DNA of 64,000 nt from Callorhinchus milii (lineage: Eukaryota): contig NW_024704742.1 in NCBI RefSeq assembly GCF_018977255.1, positions 67,272,001-67,336,000 on the forward strand. The letters run 5' to 3'. The notes under the pieces are model-generated. The model saw only the letters and a program-made list of their open reading frames with translations. It was not told where the DNA came from and did not search any database. Below, in pieces: positions 25,570-38,082 of this stretch (positions within the stretch are counted from its first letter, which is position 1; every line of letters begins with the position of its first letter). The position numbers and the translations under genes were made by a program.

Positions 25570-26264
25570 TTGTTCGCAAAGGAAATGAAAAAAGTGTAAT
25601 AAGTCAACAGAAAACAGCAAATGGCCTTAAATGAGCGGCTGTGATTTAATAAATAGACCAAATAGGTTCGCTGGGCCAAATGGCCCACTGTTATGTTCCC
25701 CCACTCTGAATGGTTCCAAATCTCCCACATCAACTTTTTCAGCTCAATGTTTGATTTTTTTTCACATGGCTTTTCTTTTTCTAAATCTCATAAAGGTACT
25801 GCTTTTTTTTGGTCAGCCATGTGTCTGACATATGCGGAAACCCATCCCCATGTTTAAGAGTATCCAAATCAGGTCTAAAGTTCCGCCTATGTAAGCCACC
25901 TAATGCATGGAAATTTCCCCGTGTCTGGAATGGAATGTGCGCTCTCTCCCCAGAGGGACTCGTGCTTAATCCCGGAGTGTATTAAGCGCAGGTTGCCGAG
26001 AATCAATGCTTGGGGCTGTGCGTTGGAGTTTAACTAACTGAAACCGCACAGCATGCCATTGATAGTTTGTCCAGCAAGAACCACTCTACCCGTTAGCGCT
26101 TTCCCTGCTCTCTCTCAAGTGTATAACAGTGGGCCATTCGGCCCAGCGAGCCTGTTCGGTCTGTTTATTAAATCACAGCCGATCATTTAAAGTAATTTCC
26201 CCACTTTTTAAAAGGCTGTTTTCTGTGGACTTATTAACACTTTTTTCATTTCCTTTGTGAACAA
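25570..26264. repeat. Inverted repeat with arms 25570-25694 and 26123-26264
   Basis: The arms are reverse complements apart from scattered mismatches and one indel of about 17 nt. Confidence 0.88.
25803..26095 (-). mobile_element. Family C repeat
   Basis: Reverse complement of the family C 3' portion, with a T-run at 25804-25810. Confidence 0.78.
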
Positions 26265-26884
26265 CATACTGTGGAGTTCTGAAGCCTACAACACAGGCCT
26301 GTTTACCTAGCAGTAATAAGTCGTTAGTCAATTGGCGGATCGCTCTCAAAAGATAATAATCCCACCAAAATAAATAAATAAACATTTGGTCACGACTGTT
26401 TGTGGGACACTTCTGTGCACAGTTGGCTGCCGCGTTTTGCCCACAAAATATACAGACAATTCACTTTACAGTATATTCTGTGGAACACTTTGAGGCGTCT
26501 CAACCATGTGATAATGCGCTTTATCAAATGCAAGGATTATTATGATGTCTCCTATCAGATAGCACCAGGAAACAGTTTTAACCTTTTTCCATCCCATTAC
26601 CTGTTAGTAATTAAAAGGTGTTTGAGGTCTGTCTGTGGTGACTCACTCTCTCTGATTTTTCACCTGCCCCTTTGCTATGTTTTTGAGTTGCACAAAGGTT
26701 ATGAAGGGTAAATTTGGTTCACATGATCTGGAAAGCACATATAGTAAACTCCTGATAACTTGATCCTGGCTTAACTTGTCACTACCACTTCAGTCATCAT
26801 GCTGTCAATATCCTGGCTGCATTTAGTTATGTATTTATACATATCCTAACTATATCCTAGTTATAAATGGGTGAAATGTATCAC

Positions 26885-27870
26885 AGAGTGATACAGTACA
26901 GCACAGAAATAGGCCATTCAGCCCAACCAGTCCATACCAGTGTTTATACTCCATATGAGCCCCATCTCTCCTATTCCCCTCACCTTCAACCCCTCTAGTC
27001 TCTTCTCCCTCACATGCACATCATGTTTTTCCTTGAACACAGTGATGCTTTTTGATTCAACCAAGCTTCCAGCAGTGAGTTCCACATTCCCAGCACCCTC
27101 TGCATGAAGAAGTTCCTCCTAAACTCACTTTTAGATCTGCTGCTATATTTGGCCACTCATTTTGGATTCATCAACAAGAGGAAACAGCCTATTAACATCC
27201 ACCTTATCGATTCCTTTCACAATCTTAAACCTCTCTATCAGGTTCCCCACTCATTCCTCTCATTGCTAAAGTGAAAAGCTACAACCTATCCAATCCTTCT
27301 TGATAGCTGAATCCACTTAGTCCTGGTAACATAATACTAATACAATACTAATACTAATAATAATAAGTCTCGCATTTGAGGTAGCGCTTTATATGTAGCG
27401 ATTTATCATGTCATCAAGACATCTAAAAGTGCTTCACAGGATATACTATAAAGTGGATTGATTGTGTATTTTGTGGGTGAAATGCTGCAGCCAATTTGCA
27501 CATAGCAATGTCTGACAGATAATGGAGGGAGTGACCTATTTTATTTGGGGATTTGTTGGCCAGGACACCGGGAGAGAGAAACTCCTTTCTTCGAATTGTG
27601 CATTGGGATCTTTAACATCCACCTGAACAGGGAGACGGGACCTCAGTTTAACGTCTCATCCGAAGGACGGCACTACCGGCAATGTAACTCCCCCAGCACT
27701 GTATTGTAGTGTCAGTTTACACTGAGTGTATCCAAGCACCAACGTGGGGCCTGAACCCACAATCTTCTGACTCAGAGGTGAGAGTGCTACCACTGCGCCA
27801 GGCTGACACACATCCTTGTAAATCTACACTGCACTTTATTCAGTCCTTCCTGTAATATGGTGACTATGTG
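26885..27870 (-). mobile_element. CR1 3' fragment interrupted by a DeuSINE
   Basis: CR1 C-terminal and 3' UTR sequence on the minus strand. It resumes after the SINE at 27810. Confidence 0.8.
27333..27809 (-). mobile_element. Full-length DeuSINE-superfamily tRNA SINE (type B)
   Basis: Head with A box (TGGCGCAGTGG) and B box (GGTTCAGGCCC), Deu-like core (CCTTCGGATGAGACGTTAAA..GGATGTTAAAGATCCC..GTGTCCTGGCCAA), L2-like tail and (TTA)n. TSD ACAT at 27329-27332 / 27810-27813. Confidence 0.9.
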
Positions 27871-30357
27871 CTTCCAAATGAATCAGATTGGCAAGATAAT
27901 AGTCTAAAATAGCCTAAAACTATGAAGAATTTCAACCTCATGGAATTTCAGGCCTCTTGCATTCTGATGTACAACACAATACAAAATTACATTTGTATAG
28001 TGCCTTTCACGTCCGGAGGATGTCCCAAGGCGCTTTGACATATACACCCATGTATAAGGAAAGGTAATCGACTGGTAAAACATTGCTTCTGACAGAGGTT
28101 ATCTCATAGGCTGAAGAATGTATAAAATTAATTCCTGCAATAAAGTCCATAGATCATCGGCCCTGCTTTTGTCAGTTCCCTTTTAGCACTGCGCTGATCT
28201 GTAATGAATCAGCCACACAGAGAGAGAGAGAGAGAGAGACCTGAACTAACCTGAAAGGACCTTGCTTTAACCTGGCTTATTTTGTTGCCCACAAAATACA
28301 CCATCGATCAACTTTACAGTATATTTTGTGAAGAGCTTTGACACGTCTCTACGACATGATAACGCGCTATATCAAATGTAACTATTACTATTATTATTAC
28401 GTCATCCAAATGACAGCAACTCTGACAGTTCAATGCACTGGACTGGACTGAGTTCAAAGTCCCGACGTGGGGCTTGAACTCACATAACCTTCTGACATAG
28501 AGATCTTCATATCTGCCTCCAGTCTAAGATTACCTTTGTGTTGCATACATCACTTTAACATCCCTTTCCAGAGTTTCACCGTCTCCTAATGACTCACATG
28601 ATTCACTTTGTGTATTTGGCTGGTGTCTACCAGGCTTTGTTTTTATTACATTTTCACCTGTAACACAAAACACATGATGCGAAGAGTACATGTAACCTTA
28701 ATACGTACAAGAAAATAATGAAGTGAGTTTCAGTGTTTTATGATAATAATAATCCTTGCATTTGATACAACGCCTTTCATGTCAGGAGAACATCTCAAAG
28801 CACTTCAGAGGATATATTGCAAAGTGGAGTGATTGTGTATCTTGTGGGCAAGTAAAGGAATAGTCAACTGTTTACCTAATATACAGTGAAATCCTTCATA
28901 ACATGTTAGTTGGAGAGCTCCATAAAATCCCAACCTGGTGTCCCCAGTCAGCATTCTGTACTCAATCCTCATGCTCTCAGAAAGAGAAAAGGATATGAAA
29001 GTGTGCAGAGCGGGAAATGATGTCAACAGTGATCTGATGACCAGGAAGTCCACCATTTATATGCCACGTGTTTATACTCCATGTGAGCCTCCGTCAATCC
29101 AAATCCCCCCCCCCCATAAGTTTTCTTTCCCTTTGTGTATGCATTTACCTAAGTGGGACTGAGAAAATAAATTCAGAACAATACTTTAAGTTACTTCTAA
29201 AGACCAGAGCAAGAGAGCAATGATTCAGGTTTTGAGGTAGACATAAAATTAGATAGAATTTGCAAATTTATCCAAGCTTTAGAGAGAAAAACTCGGAGAC
29301 TAAATTTTATAATAGTTTTTGCATTTGATACAGCACCTTGTCACATCATCGAACCCTATCCAATCTTTCTTGACAGCTGTATCCAGACAGCAGAAAATAT
29401 TTTTAGAAATGGAGGATGATTAATAACTGGAACAGATTGGCAGGAAGGATGCTTAAGGCCAGGATGCTGGATTTGTTTAAGAAACGGCTCGATACTGTGA
29501 TGGGAGGACAATATTCTGGAAGGATGAGATCAATTGGTTCGAGTTTTTCCCGGTAGCTTAGCCAACAATCTCCCAAATAAAATTGGTCACTCGCTCCATG
29601 GCTGTTTGTGGGACATTGCTTTGTGCGAAATGGCTATCGCATTCGCCTAACAAATACACAGTCACTGACCTTTAGTAGCGAATCCTCAGTCTTGAAAATT
29701 TCAATGGATCCAGCATCCACAGCCTTTTGGGGGAGAGAGTTCAATGTTTTCACTATCCTTTGTGTGAAAAAGTGCTTCCTGATTTCACTCCTAATTATTC
29801 TAGCTCTAAGATTATGCCGTTAGGTAATACTCTTAGGTAATTTGGCAGGCAGGTAAGCATCCCTCCAAGGACAGAATAACTATTCCATTCCAGACACAAG
29901 GAAATTTCAACTCATGGTAACATATATATGTGGAACGTTTGGTTTGGATACTCTTAAGCGTGGTGATGGGTGTATGCGTACATGTGTCAGACACCTGGCT
30001 GACCGGGGAAAAAATCTCCACTTAGTGGCTTGTCAGGAAGGGCCGTCAAAGAGCAGCCGGGGAGGAAGGAATGTCAGGCATGACTCTTGCCACACAGTCA
30101 CACTAATCCATTCCATATGAGGTGAAGGCAATTTGAGGCAGTTACTCTGAGGTGGAGAAACGTCTCCCGCCAGAGATGAAACTACAGAGGATTTGAAAGC
30201 AACCACTGAAAGGTTTAATTGAAAGGTCTTTTTTTTCTGCATGTGAATGTATTTATTTCTTAATTCATGTTTTTTTCTAACAGTTCTCTCTCTCCTTCAT
30301 CTCTTGTTGTTTCTCTGTCCACCGCCCTTCCCCTCCCCCTCATTCCCTCATAGAACA

Positions 30358-30718
30358 TGGAGACCCGTAGTATAGCGGTTAGAGCATTTGTCTCACCAGA
30401 GAGAGGACCTGGGTTCGATTCCCAGGCTGGGTGAAAACTTATGCAGGTTTCCTTACTCCACATGCCTCTGTTTACCTAGCAGTAAGTAGGAACCTGGTTG
30501 TCAGTTGATTGGCGGATCGCTTTTTCGGAGGTAATAATCACTTAAAAGAAAAAAAAAGAAAAATTTGACTGTTGATGGGACACTGCCTTGAGCAATTGGC
30601 TGCCACTTTTTGGCCACAAAGTATACAGTCAATCCAATTTACAATAAGATGTGAAGTGCTTTGAGACGTCTCAATGACGTGATAAGGCGCTAAATCATAT
30701 GCAAGGATTATTATTATT
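30358..30718 (+). mobile_element. Long tRNA SINE (type A')
   Basis: Same architecture; B box GGTTCGATTCC. Confidence 0.87.
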
Positions 30719-31174
30719 TTATACACAACACAGTGCCAAACAGGTAATTTGGCCTAACTAATGCCAGTATTTATACTCCACACAAGCCTCCAGCACTTCC
30801 TATAATAATCTCTAAAAGGCTAAATGAGCAACATAGCACAGAATAGCACACACAGCACCTCAACACTGCACACCATCACCTCAATACTAAAAGCTCTAAG
30901 ATGCTACCCCACATAACGCATGCTATATAAATGCAAGTTGTTGTTGTTGTATACATACCACTGCACCTCTATGCAAACACACTGCATTACTAAACACACA
31001 GCACCACTATGTCCCAGAGCCTTTAGATCTCTGCTCCACTAGTTTTCAATTAATCTCAAATTAAAGATCCCAAGGCACTATTCCAAAACAGAGAAGAGAG
31101 TTTCTCCTGGTGTCCTGGCCAACAATCCCCACATAAAATTGACTTTATAGCCACTTCATGTCCCCTGGACATCA

Positions 31175-31545
31175 AATAAATAATCCTTGCATTTGATATA
31201 GCGCCTTATCACGTCGGTGAGACGTCTCAAAGCACTTCACAGAATACACTGTAAAGCGGATTGACTGTGTGTTCATAAGCAGCCAACTGCACACAGCAGT
31301 GTCCCACAAACAGTTATGGATTGACTGACCAAATTTTTTTTTTGGAGGGATTATTACCAGAGGAAAGCGATCCGCCAATCCACTAACGACCGGGTTCCTA
31401 CTTACTGCAAGTAAGTACATTGGACATTGGTAAACAGAAGTGTGTGAAGTAAAGAAACTTGCCTAAAGTTTTGACCCACCTGGGAAACTGACCCAGATCC
31501 TCTCACTTGCGATTCGACTGTGCTAAACACTACCCTATGGGAGAC
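31175..31545 (-). mobile_element. Long tRNA SINE (type A')
   Basis: Same architecture, reverse strand. Confidence 0.85.
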
Positions 31546-31902
31546 TACGCTAACCACTTACACAATGAAGAGGTTTTTTTTAGTTAATTAATTCACATCT
31601 CAATATGTTTAAACAGTGGCCTCCTCCAGAAAGATTGGACAGTGTTTGGCGATATCATGCTGTGCTGGTAGGAGGCAGTGGGCCCACTTAGTCAGTCCTG
31701 GCCTCCCTGTGCTTTCAAACGATGCCAGATGTTTCTGATGTACTGGAGATATGAAGCAATGAAACACCTGCTTTCTCTTCATTTCTAAAAGACACCTGTC
31801 CTTCCACTGGTTTTAACTCAAGCCAACCATCTGAACTTATTTCAGGTTTAGCATCACAGTTGTTGGGAGAGGTTTAAATTCTGCCTATCTTTCCTGTTGT
31901 TT

Positions 31903-32235
31903 TAATAATAATAATCCTTGCATTTCATATAGTGCCTTATTGCCTCATTGAGACATCTCAAAGCCCTTCACAGAATATACTGTAAAGTGAATTGACTGTA
32001 TATTTTGTGGGTGAAAAACGTGGCAGCCAATTGTCCATAGCAGTGTCCCCCAAACATTTTTCTTTTCTTTTACTCCTGGAAAGCGATCTGCTTTTAACAA
32101 CCAGGTTACTACTTACTGTTAGTTAAAGAGAGGTGTGAGGATTGAGGAAACTTGCCTAAGGTTTCGTCCTGCCCAGGAATCGAACCCAGGTCCTCTCATT
32201 TGTGAGGCGAGTGCTCTAACCACTACATGACAGGA
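31903..32235 (-). mobile_element. Long tRNA SINE (type A')
   Basis: Same architecture, reverse strand. Confidence 0.85.
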
Positions 32236-32944
32236 CATCACATTGAAGATCCTGACATGGGCCCATTTGCCAGTACAAGCGCTGCACAGGAACTCCTGCC
32301 TGTGTTACACAATTATGGAATGGTCCTCTTGAACCCTCTAGAATTGACTTCTGATTGCTCTGGACATCGCCAATGATGTTGACAGGCTCTGGCACCATGC
32401 TTTCCTGGCAGCGTGCAATTCCCACAAAGTTATGGTCTTATAGCTTTCCTGCACAGTAATTTGCACGCCTATCGAGTTTCCTCTAAAATCACTCAATCCG
32501 TGCTGCAGTTAAATGTTCATTTATGCACTCTTTTTCCATCAACTCAGACAATCACCAGTGCTTGGCTCCCTCCCATTCCTACCTAGAACTGTTATATAAG
32601 TTCAAGTTGCTGCCTTCGGGTGAGAATGTTAAACCGAGTCCCATCCGCCTGTTCAAGTGGACGTTAAAGGTACCATTAACACCACTTAAAATGTCTCCTG
32701 GCCAACACTCCTCCAGATCAAATTTGTCAATCACTTTATGGCTGTTTGTGGGACATTGCTGTGTGCAAATTAGCTGCCACGTTCACAAACAAAACAGTAA
32801 CTTCTGTGAAAAACTTTGAGACATCCTCCTGACAAGAAAAGCAATATATCAGATGAAAGGATTATGAGTATTTACTTGAACTATTGCCTACTCAGGTGTT
32901 CTCAGGTGTGACTGTGGCCAGGTATGTGTCTCTAACAATACACA

Positions 32945-33310
32945 TTTACATTCATACAGCGACTTTCACATCAGCAGGACGTCCCAAAGATCCTAACCAT
33001 ACTGGCTGGGCACCTAAGCTGTGGTGTGAGCCAAGGGGGTGGAGGGAGCCAAGGGGGTAGAGGGGTAGGGGAAAATTGACTGAAAGTGCGGACAAAGAGG
33101 TAGGTCTTGAGATGGACCTTGAATGGGGTGAGGGAGAGAGCGAGCTGGAGGGACTCTGGGATAGAGTTAGAGTGAATGGGAGCAGAGAGGCTGAAAACCA
33201 GCTCGCTGATGGTGAAGTGGATAGGGCGGGGGATGTGAAGCAGGCCACTGAACAAAGAGAGTAGCCCGGTCGGTAAGGTTTGAGAGGTTGCAGAGGTAAG
33301 CTGGGGCAGG
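32945..33310 (-). mobile_element. L2 LINE 3' fragment
   Basis: Minus-strand translation PFKVHLKTYLF (L2 ORF2 C-terminus) followed by the L2 tail stem-loop. Confidence 0.8.
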
Positions 33311-33794
33311 TTTTACCTGGTTCTCTTTGATTATTATGCTCTGTATAACCTGTGTTCAAGGGGATGGCCTATTCTGCTCTGTTCAATATGTTTTGCAAAT
33401 TAGTTCCCTTGCACTTAGAAGCATCCATAAAGCAATTTGCTTACAAATACAGTCACTGCACTTTCCCAGCAAACTCCATGCCTTTTCAATCATCAGGTTT
33501 TCTCTTAACAAAGCATCCAGTGATGCTTTTTGCTTTCACCACAGCACCCGGCAGTGAGCTCCACATTCTCAGCACCCTCTGCATCATGAAGAAGTTGCTC
33601 CTGAACTCCTATTAGATCTACCGCTGGCGATCTTATATTTATACCCTCTAGTTCTGGATTCAACAACAAGTGGAATCAATCCATCAACATCCACCTTATC
33701 AAATCATAAACACCTGCATCAGGTCTGCTTGTAATTCACTTAACTCTACAGAGAAACTCAATCCCGTTCACCCATCATCCTTTTTCATCGAGCC

Positions 33795-34180
33795 ATCGGG
33801 ATTTGGAATCACATACTCTAAGCTGACATTACAGTGCAGTTCTGGGGGTGTGTTGCATTGTTGGAGGTGCAGTCCTTCTGATGAGACGTTCAACCGAGGT
33901 CCCGTCTGCCTGTTCAGGTGAATGTTAAAGATCCTGTGGCACTATTTGAAATGAGAAGGGAGTCTCTCCTGGTGTCCTGACAACAACCCCCTAAATAAAA
34001 TTAGTCACTCACTCCATAGCTGTTTGTGAGACATTGCTGTGCGCAACCAGTTGCTGCATTTCACCTACAAAATACACAGTCACTACGCTTTACAGTATAT
34101 TCTGTGAAGCACTTTGAGATGTCTCAATGACATGATAAGGTGCTATATCAAATGCAAGGATTATTATAGTATTATTATTT
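33795..34180 (+). mobile_element. DeuSINE (type B), head truncated
   Basis: Deu core and L2-like tail. Confidence 0.87.
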
Positions 34181-34184
34181 TAAA

Positions 34185-34465
34185 TCACCTAGTCATTATC
34201 TTATACATGTGTCCTCTGGTTAAGGACTCATCAACCAGTAGGAACAGCCTATTTATGCCAACCTTATCAAACCCTTTCATAATTATAAAACACCTCTATG
34301 AGGTACCCTCTTAAATGTCTTTTCTCTCGTGAAAAAAGGCCTAACTTCTGCAGATAGCAGTAACCCACCACTCCTGGTATCATCCTAGTAAATGTACGCT
34401 GTACTCTTTTAATCGTTGTTATAGCTTTGTAGTATGGTGACCAGAATTGGACACAGTATTTGTTG
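34185..34465 (-). mobile_element. CR1 fragment
   Basis: YCVQFWSPYY..KRVQRTFTRMIPG..LGLFSREKRHLRGYLIEVF. Confidence 0.85.
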
Positions 34466-37189
34466 CATGATACATTACAGGAGAGGTGTGGTAACTCAAC
34501 AACAACTTGCATTTATATAGAGCCCTTCAAGTATCTGTGCTAAACAATGGCGGAGCTTCAAGGTGAGCTGGGGAGAAAGAGGAGGTGACCATAAGCATGA
34601 TTGAAGAAGAAAGTTTTCAGGTGTGATTGGAAGATGGGCAAAGAGGAATTGAGGGATTACCTGAGGATCCAAATTTGAATGGTTTTGAAATATGGCAGCC
34701 AATTGTGCACAGCAGTGTCTCACAAACAGTCTTGGATTGAGTGACCAAATTATTTATTTGTTTGGCGATTCGCCAATCGATTAACAACCGGGTTCCTACT
34801 TACTGCTTGGTAAACAGAGGCGTGTGGAGTAAGGAAATTTGCCTAAGGTTTCGTCCTGCCCAGGAATCAAACCCGGATCCTTTCACTTGTGAGTGAGCAC
34901 TCTAACCAATATGCTATTGGACTCCATACCACAGACTTACAGAATTACTCGATGAAAAAGGATGATGGACGAACGATTAGAGTTTTGCATTCCGCCCCTG
35001 AATGTGGCTCGTTGTCTGGGCTGAACGCCATCAGCTGCTCACTCTTGAAACGCTGATAAAAAAACTCTCCCACTACGGAGCTCACAGTTCACAGGAGTCT
35101 TCCTTACCTCACGGAGAACGGGCAGAATAATTTGCAGCTTTTCCAGCAATGACTGAAATGCAAGCAAAGCATTGGGAAAGGAATGCATCCCTAATGGGTC
35201 AAAAAACAGTGAAAGACTTAAATTGGTTGGACCAGGGACTGGTCATTCCAGCTTCGCTGAATCATAGAAATTAGAGAACAAGAAGAGCATAAAAATAGTC
35301 CTTGCATTTGGTATAGTGCTGTTCAAGTCAGGAGTACGTCTCACAAGATATACTGTATATAGATTTATATATAATGTACAACGACAACAACATTGCGTTT
35401 ATACAGGATCTTTCACATTAGGAAAGGCACTGGACAGCCAAAGCTGTTTTATATTTATCCCCTTTAGGGGATAAGCAGAAATACAACGCCATGATCAGAC
35501 ACATGCGGAAACTCATCACTGCCAGTGTTTCTGCAGATTTCCTGCCGATCAGCTGATACTTCTAGTTACCGGAAGAAGTTTCCTGTTGCAAAATCTGGAT
35601 TCCTTATCAAGGAATCATGTTAAGAGATACCACAAACTAGACCCACATGTCAGCTGTCAGCCTGGCTCTCTCTCCACTCCAGGTCAGAAAGTTTTGGGTT
35701 TAAGGCTCACAGCAGGACTTTGATCTCATAGTCTAGACTAGTGGGGTGGGGTCCAACATTTTGGCTGCCTTGGGCCAGAAGCCCTATTTGAAGAACTTCT
35801 ACGGGCCACATTAGCAATAATTTTGTGTTTTCCTTCCAGAAACATCACAGGTTTTGGAGAGAGTGAGTGGCCAGATGAAATGTAGGGAGTTGGGGGGGTG
35901 GATGAAATCAACTCACAGGCTGCCAGTTGGACCACCCTGGTCTAGGTCAACACTAGTACAATATTGGAGTTGCACTGCATTGTTGGAGGAGATATTAAAC
36001 TGAGCTCTTGTAGCCTGTTCGGGTAGATTTTAAAGATTCCATGCCCTTTTAGAAAGAGTTTCTCCAAGTGTCCTGGGCAACCATCCTCCAAATAAATTGG
36101 TCGCTCATTTAACAGTTGTTTGTGGAACATTGCTGTGTTTCCGTGTTCTCCAACAAAATACACAGTTACTACTCTTTAGGTGTGTTGACCTCCATTCCTA
36201 GGTCATTCCAACTAGCTCCCTCCGTCCCTTCCTTCAAGGCTTCATAACCGAACCTTTTTCACTGAAATTTTGGTCATCCTTCGTTTCCTCGCTCAATCCC
36301 CCTCCCCCTCACCTCCCACCCTCAGCTCCGGTGCCCAGCCAGAATCATCAAGTGCTTTGGGATGTCCTAATGATGTGAAAGGCACTATACGTGTATAAAT
36401 GTAAATTGTATTGTATCTGACTATGTACCTTATAGTGAGTTAAGTTCCTATGTATTGAGATATGAACAATAAGTGCGTGCTTATGATTACATAACTGTCC
36501 CAGTCTTCCTTTAATGTTTAATATCCTCAATATTAGGATTTAATAGTGTTTATCCCACTGTTATCAAGAGTCTGTTTCTAAGCATGTCAAGTGTATCATT
36601 ATTGTTAAAGAAGGCTTTTAAACCTTGGCAGATGCTAAACGTTTGACTTTCTTGTGCAAACATCACTGGCTGCAGACCGCATGGCTGTCTGAGTGGAGGA
36701 ATGTTTCCATTTGATTAAAGTTTATAACAATCGTAAATTTGATATAAGGTCTGAAGTATAATAGGGAATGAATGAACTGTCTTAGGGTTTGATGACTTGA
36801 CATCAAACTGATCAAAGCCCATCTGCCTGAATGCAAAACCCTTCTGTGTTCATGTCACAAAGCACCCACGCATCCCTTCCCCCCACCTTTTCCGAACCCC
36901 AACTCAATAATCCATCTTTTTTGCATTGCTGAACGGAAATCATGATATAAATGGAAGCATGTGAGTTAATTGGGATTGAGAGCACTGAGGATAACTATCA
37001 AGAAACTTGGAGGGAGACTTGTGAGCAACTGGATGTTTCTTCACCACAGATTTTGTGGGTTTAATGCAGAGACGAACCAGGTAATAATCCTTGCAAACTG
37101 ACTGCTGCTTTCGCCTACAAAATGTAGTTACTCTTAAAGTTTCTCCCACCCAAAGGAAGGGTTTACTCCACTACTCTTAAAATCCAATT

Positions 37190-37665
37190 AATTAAAATTC
37201 TGTCATCTGTATGCTCAACCGAACCAAACTCCGCACCCCCATTACTCCAGTCCTTGCCAGGCTCCACTGACACCCTATTGCAGAACAGATCGATTTCAAG
37301 ATCGTCATACAAACAAATCACGTTATAGCCTGACCCCTAACGACCTCTCTGACCTGCACACACCCTACTCCTCTATCCACCCCCTTTGCTCACCTGGTTC
37401 TGAACTTCTGCACGTCCTTTGTTTCCTCCGGTCCAACATCGGTGGCTATGCTTTCAGCACCGTACCCTGAGATCCTGGAACTCTGCGTAAATCCTCCACC
37501 TTGCCTCCTCCATGTCCATTTTAAGATAGCATCTCAAGACCTTTGTCTTTGACCGTGCTTACGGTCACCTCTGCCGTCTCACTGGCTCAGGGTCAGGCTC
37601 TGTCAATGCTAGGCGCTCTGAGACTCTGCCCTAATGAAGAACGCTACATAAATACGTGTTGCTGT
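37190..37665 (+). mobile_element. Older, diverged L2 3' fragment
   Basis: Degenerate similarity to the L2 3' region (ctccactga..gatcgatttcaagatc..ctttcagc..ctcaagacc..tttgaccg) and L2 tail. Confidence 0.75.
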
Positions 37666-38082
37666 TGAAGTGGAATTCCCATGGGATGGCATGACATGCG
37701 TCCAGCCTCCGTCATGTCCAAGAATCCTTTCCACACTGTCACCATTACAGAAGAGCAGAACATTTCCCTGTTCTATTCTTTCCATTGGAAGTAGATCCCA
37801 CTCAGACATGTTGTTCACAGGCACTAAATATTGCGGGGATTGATAACCAAGCGGATGTGCTCAGGATGGGCAAAGGGGAGGGAAAGAAAAAAATCGCATC
37901 AGAGACCACTCAAGTCTCATTCGCTGCATGAAAGAGGAGGGAAAGATGCATTTCTTTTGGATATTGTGGCAGTGCCGTGTCTTCTCAACTCAGTTCTGTC
38001 ACATCGCCTTACATCACAGCATCTATTATGATATGCACAAATATGGTAAATCGCTTGAGATCATGGCCTTGACGACATATGT

